DNA of 64,000 bases from Ignavibacteriota bacterium (GTDB taxonomy: Bacteria > Bacteroidota > Ignavibacteria > UBA10030 > UBA6906): NCBI GenBank assembly GCA_963801355.1, contig CAWDEM010000008.1, positions 640,001 through 704,000 of the forward strand, given 5' to 3'. Below the pieces are notes generated by a model, which saw only the letters and a program-made list of their open reading frames with translations, ran no database searches and was not told the origin of the DNA. Shown in pieces: positions 61,105 to 64,000 of the stretch (its first letter is position 1; each line of letters opens with the position of its first letter). Position numbers and translations under genes: made by a program.

Positions 61105-61154
61105 GGTCGCCTGACGACGGGTCTCCTGACGACGGATCTCCTGACGACGGATCT
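61105..61154. repeat. 15-bp tandem repeat, about 3.3 copies
   Basis: GGTCGCCTGACGACG / GGTCTCCTGACGACG / GATCTCCTGACGACG / GATCT. Confidence 0.85.
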
Positions 61155-61161
61155 GAAGATA

Positions 61162-62895
61162 CTACTTCATCAGCACGAACGTGCGCGTCTGGTCGTAACT
61201 TTGCCCTGATGCTGCCGCAGGATCATTTGTGTGCAGCCGGTAGAAGTACGTTCCCGATGAGAGCGTGTATCCAACTCCCCCGAATGCAGTGCCCGCTCTG
61301 GCGGAAAGCTGCACTTCGTGGTACCCTGCGTCCTTTTCCTCATCGACCAGGGTTGCCGCGTGCTGGCCGAGCGTGTTGTAGACTGTGAGCTTTACGTGCG
61401 CACGTCTCGGCAGGGCGTAACGGATGGTGGTGCTCGGGTTGAAGGGGTTGGGATAGTTCTGATACAGTGAAAAGTCCGTTGCCACTCCCTCTCCGCGGGA
61501 GGAAGTAACATCACCGACCGAAACCCTTATCGGCTCATGATATGCCGTCGTACCATCAAGATCTACCTGCTTGAGCCTGTAGTACCATACACCTGCCCCC
61601 ACCCCCGTGTCAGTGAAGCCATAGTCATGCGGTTCGATGGTCGTACCGTGTCCGGCGACAAAGCTCCCGGGAAGTGCTGTGAATGTCACAGGCTGATCCG
61701 GAGCCCGCTCAACCTCAAAACCGTAGTTGTTGGTTTCGCTGAGCGTTCGCCAGTAAAGCTGCACGCGGTCAATTCCTGTTGCCAGGCCGGTGAACTGTGC
61801 AAGCTGCACGGGGACTGGTTCGGTGGGCGCGACCTCCACATCACCGAATGTGGCATCTACGTAATGTGACAGGAGCAGCAGGGAACCGCGTGCCGCCTTT
61901 TTTGCCTGGTCCAGGTATATGAGATCCCATACGGCCGGTTCCGGCGTGCCCTGATGCCAGACACGGAGCGAATAGAGGTCCCCATTAGCCTGTGTCCGGA
62001 CCTGCATCTTGTAGAGCATCGTCTGACCAAGGGGGATCGTCCCCCCGCTCGTATCGTGGACATCCGTCCAGATCTCCAGACGTTCGCCCCCGTTCTGTGC
62101 AGTATTGAACGCATACATACCCAGAGCGCCTGATGGATAGTATCCGGTCTTCGGCTGCCATCCGGCAAACGGATCGTCGGTGTGGCCGATCCATCTGAGA
62201 AAAATGCCAACTGCAGGTTGGCCGCTTGTCGGATTGTATCCCGCAGGATTGATGCTGTGCATGGTAATCGGAACGGTCACCTGGTAGTCCGTCCACGTGG
62301 TGTCTCCGATCGCGATCAGACGATCGTAGCCCAGGTCTACGTTGCGGACGCCGCCGCTTTCGAGAAACCACTGTCCATCGACGACTTGCGCAGAGGCCAT
62401 GATATCTGGTGATGAGCTCCATGAGACTGTGCAGGGAATCGGCCAGTGTGTGCCTGATTGATACCTCACGACCACAGTATCCTTCGTGAAGTTCCCCTGC
62501 GACGCGGCAGTCACCACAACTCTGTTGGAATCCGGGAGCGGACTGAGTTGGGACCACGAGAGGTCAATATTGAAGTCCCCGTTGTTGAAGAGGCGTCGCG
62601 TATCCGGTCCGAGTCTGAGCTTCCGGGATGGACCACCATTCAGTGAGTACGTGAGTGAATCGATCCCGCTCGGGTTGTTCACATTGCCCAGGACATTTGC
62701 CCAGCGCTGGGGGACACCTACCGTACGAAACGTCAGCCGCTTACCATAGAAAAACGTGAAGGTTGTCTGTGCGGTGACAGAATGCCCGGGAGATGTGGAG
62801 ACCTCTTGCGCGTTTCCCGGGTGAGCCGGTGGCATGACCAACAAGAAAACCACCGAAAACAGGGTTGTTCTATTGAGTTTCGTGACGAGCCCCAC
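61162..62895 (-). CDS. Secreted protein with a T9SS type A sorting domain
   Basis: Signal peptide, beta-rich body, PVQLAQF..WRTLSETNNYGFEVER..YYRLKQVDLDG module, CTD LYQNYPNPFNPSTTIRY...SSGTYFYRL...VLMK. Confidence 0.88.
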   Translation of the reverse strand: MGLVTKLNRTTLFSVVFLLVMPPAHPGNAQEVSTSPGHSVTAQTTFTFFYGKRLTFRTVGVPQRWANVLGNVNNPSGIDSLTYSLNGGPSRKLRLGPDTRRLFNNGDFNIDLSWSQLSPLPDSNRVVVTAASQGNFTKDTVVVRYQSGTHWPIPCTVSWSSSPDIMASAQVVDGQWFLESGGVRNVDLGYDRLIAIGDTTWTDYQVTVPITMHSINPAGYNPTSGQPAVGIFLRWIGHTDDPFAGWQPKTGYYPSGALGMYAFNTAQNGGERLEIWTDVHDTSGGTIPLGQTMLYKMQVRTQANGDLYSLRVWHQGTPEPAVWDLIYLDQAKKAARGSLLLLSHYVDATFGDVEVAPTEPVPVQLAQFTGLATGIDRVQLYWRTLSETNNYGFEVERAPDQPVTFTALPGSFVAGHGTTIEPHDYGFTDTGVGAGVWYYRLKQVDLDGTTAYHEPIRVSVGDVTSSRGEGVATDFSLYQNYPNPFNPSTTIRYALPRRAHVKLTVYNTLGQHAATLVDEEKDAGYHEVQLSARAGTAFGGVGYTLSSGTYFYRLHTNDPAAASGQSYDQTRTFVLMK

Positions 62896-62960
62896 TCAAG
62901 TGTGAAACAGAATGTCACTGTAATGACGCCGTCCTTAATGAGGGAATTCGCCTGATCTTA

Positions 62961-63079
62961 TGCAAGCGCATCTCCTGCAAGCATCTCGTGCAAGTGATTA
63001 CTGCAGTGTCTCCTGCAAGTGTGTCTCCTGCAAGTGTGTCTCCTGCGATTGTGTCTCGTGCAAGTGTGTCGTACAAGTG
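62961..63079. repeat. 12-15-bp tandem repeat, about 9 units (consensus TGCAAGTGTGTCTCC)
   Basis: Units start at 62961, 62976, 62989, 63002, 63014, 63029, 63044, 63059 and 63072. Confidence 0.85.
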
Positions 63080-63089
63080 AAACCGGGCG

Positions 63090-63118
63090 TTGACTCTCCC
63101 CTTATCCTGCCGTATCTT
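63090..63118 (+). promoter_or_regulatory. Sigma70-type promoter for the kinase
   Basis: TTGACT-17 bp-TATCTT. Confidence 0.65.
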
Positions 63119-63140
63119 TCCCCCAGACCAGAGGCCCGCG

Positions 63141-64000
63141 ATGATCGGCAAGACCATCTCTCATTACACGATTCTGGGCAAGCTTGGCGAAGGGGGGATG
63201 GGCGTTGTGTACAAAGCCGAAGACGCCCATCTGAAGCGCACAATCGCCCTGAAATTCCTTCCACCCGAACTCACGTCTGATGACGAGGCTAAAAAACGCT
63301 TCATCCATGAAGCGCAAGCCGCCTCGGCACTCCAGCACAACAACATCTGCGTGATCCATGACATCGACGAGACTCCGGACGGCCAGCTGTTCATTTGCAT
63401 GGAGTACTACGATGGGGAGACCCTCGACAGGAAGATCGGGCGTTCGCCCCTCACAATCGAAGAGGCCGTCAACACTGCCATTCACATAGCTAGTGGTCTT
63501 GGTAAGGCCCATGAGCACGGGATAATCCACCGTGACATCAAGCCCGCTAATATCATGGTCACCGGTGACAGCGGTGCAAAGATCCTCGACTTCGGTCTTG
63601 CAAAACTCTCCGGCCGGTCGAAGCTGACCAGATCCGGGACAACGCTGGGAACGTTGGCATACATGTCACCCGAACAGACCAGGGGCGAGGAGATCGACCG
63701 CAGATCCGATATCTGGTCGCTGGGCGTGATCCTCTATGAGATGGTTGTCGGAACCCCACCGTTCAAGGGGGACTATGAAAATGTTGTCGCCTACGAGATT
63801 GCCAATACGGCGCCAGTGCCCGTGACCTCTCTCCGCACCGGGGTGCCGATGGACCTCGAGCGTATCATCGACAAAGCTCTGACAAAGTCGGCGGATGAGC
63901 GCTATCAGCACATAGACGAAATGCTTGTTGACCTGAAGCGGCTCAGCAAGGAATCGAAGGATTCTTCTGTTATCAGCCAGCACCCTGCCCCGGCGGCCCC
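63141..64000 (+). CDS. Hanks-type Ser/Thr protein kinase; runs off the window edge
   Basis: MIGKTISHY..LGEGGMGVVYKA, ALKFL, HRDIKPAN, DFG, GTLAYMSPEQ, SDIWSLG. Confidence 0.95.
   Translation, partial: MIGKTISHYTILGKLGEGGMGVVYKAEDAHLKRTIALKFLPPELTSDDEAKKRFIHEAQAASALQHNNICVIHDIDETPDGQLFICMEYYDGETLDRKIGRSPLTIEEAVNTAIHIASGLGKAHEHGIIHRDIKPANIMVTGDSGAKILDFGLAKLSGRSKLTRSGTTLGTLAYMSPEQTRGEEIDRRSDIWSLGVILYEMVVGTPPFKGDYENVVAYEIANTAPVPVTSLRTGVPMDLERIIDKALTKSADERYQHIDEMLVDLKRLSKESKDSSVISQHPAPAA

Noticed and set aside
61105-63079. CRISPR interpretation of the short repeat arrays
   Set aside because: The units are 12-15 bp and directly adjacent, with no spacers and no cas genes in the window.
62960-63280. 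Cys-rich metallothionein-like ORF (CSVSCKCVSCKCVSCDCVSCKC)
   Set aside because: The pattern is a by-product of the 15-bp DNA repeat; the ORF has no well-placed SD and overlaps the kinase promoter and 140 nt of its CDS.
1-64000. tRNA, rRNA, transposase, integrase, prophage or defence-system genes
   Set aside because: None were recognised; the DUF853 ATPase is the standalone YjgR type with no nuclease partner.

Overview
A GC-rich (roughly 60%) bacterial chromosomal segment. It most plausibly comes from an Ignavibacteria-like member of the Bacteroidota/Chlorobiota/Ignavibacteriota group; this is inferred from T9SS C-terminal sorting domains, bshB1, dnaE-trxA linkage and canonical TTGnnn-17-TAnnnT promoters. 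The left 47 kb is mostly housekeeping: a PhoP/PhoR-like two-component pair, dxs, xseAB, bshB1, a ccmABCDEF cluster with a CxxxY-type CcmE, bamD, lolCE/lolD, frameshifted prfB, aspS, pckA, MarR-yceI, htpX with a P-type ATPase, trxA, dnaE and proS. The right 17 kb is more accessory: hydrolases, a Pseudomonas-like RhlB helicase, a penicillin acylase, an S9 peptidase, a PhyH dioxygenase, a T9SS cargo protein and a Ser/Thr kinase. I saw no rRNA, tRNA, CRISPR array, transposase or prophage. The most striking unannotated element is a candidate ~85-nt RNA at 16196-16280 (-), with its own promoter, two hairpins with 6-nt C-rich loops and an intrinsic terminator, directly ahead of the bamD-ccm operon. 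Also notable: two 15-bp-period repeat arrays flanking a T9SS gene and abutting -35 boxes, a 30-bp repeat expansion in the acylase spacer, a possibly structured htpX leader, and two enzymes with altered catalytic motifs. All calls come from reading the sequence; no searches were run.
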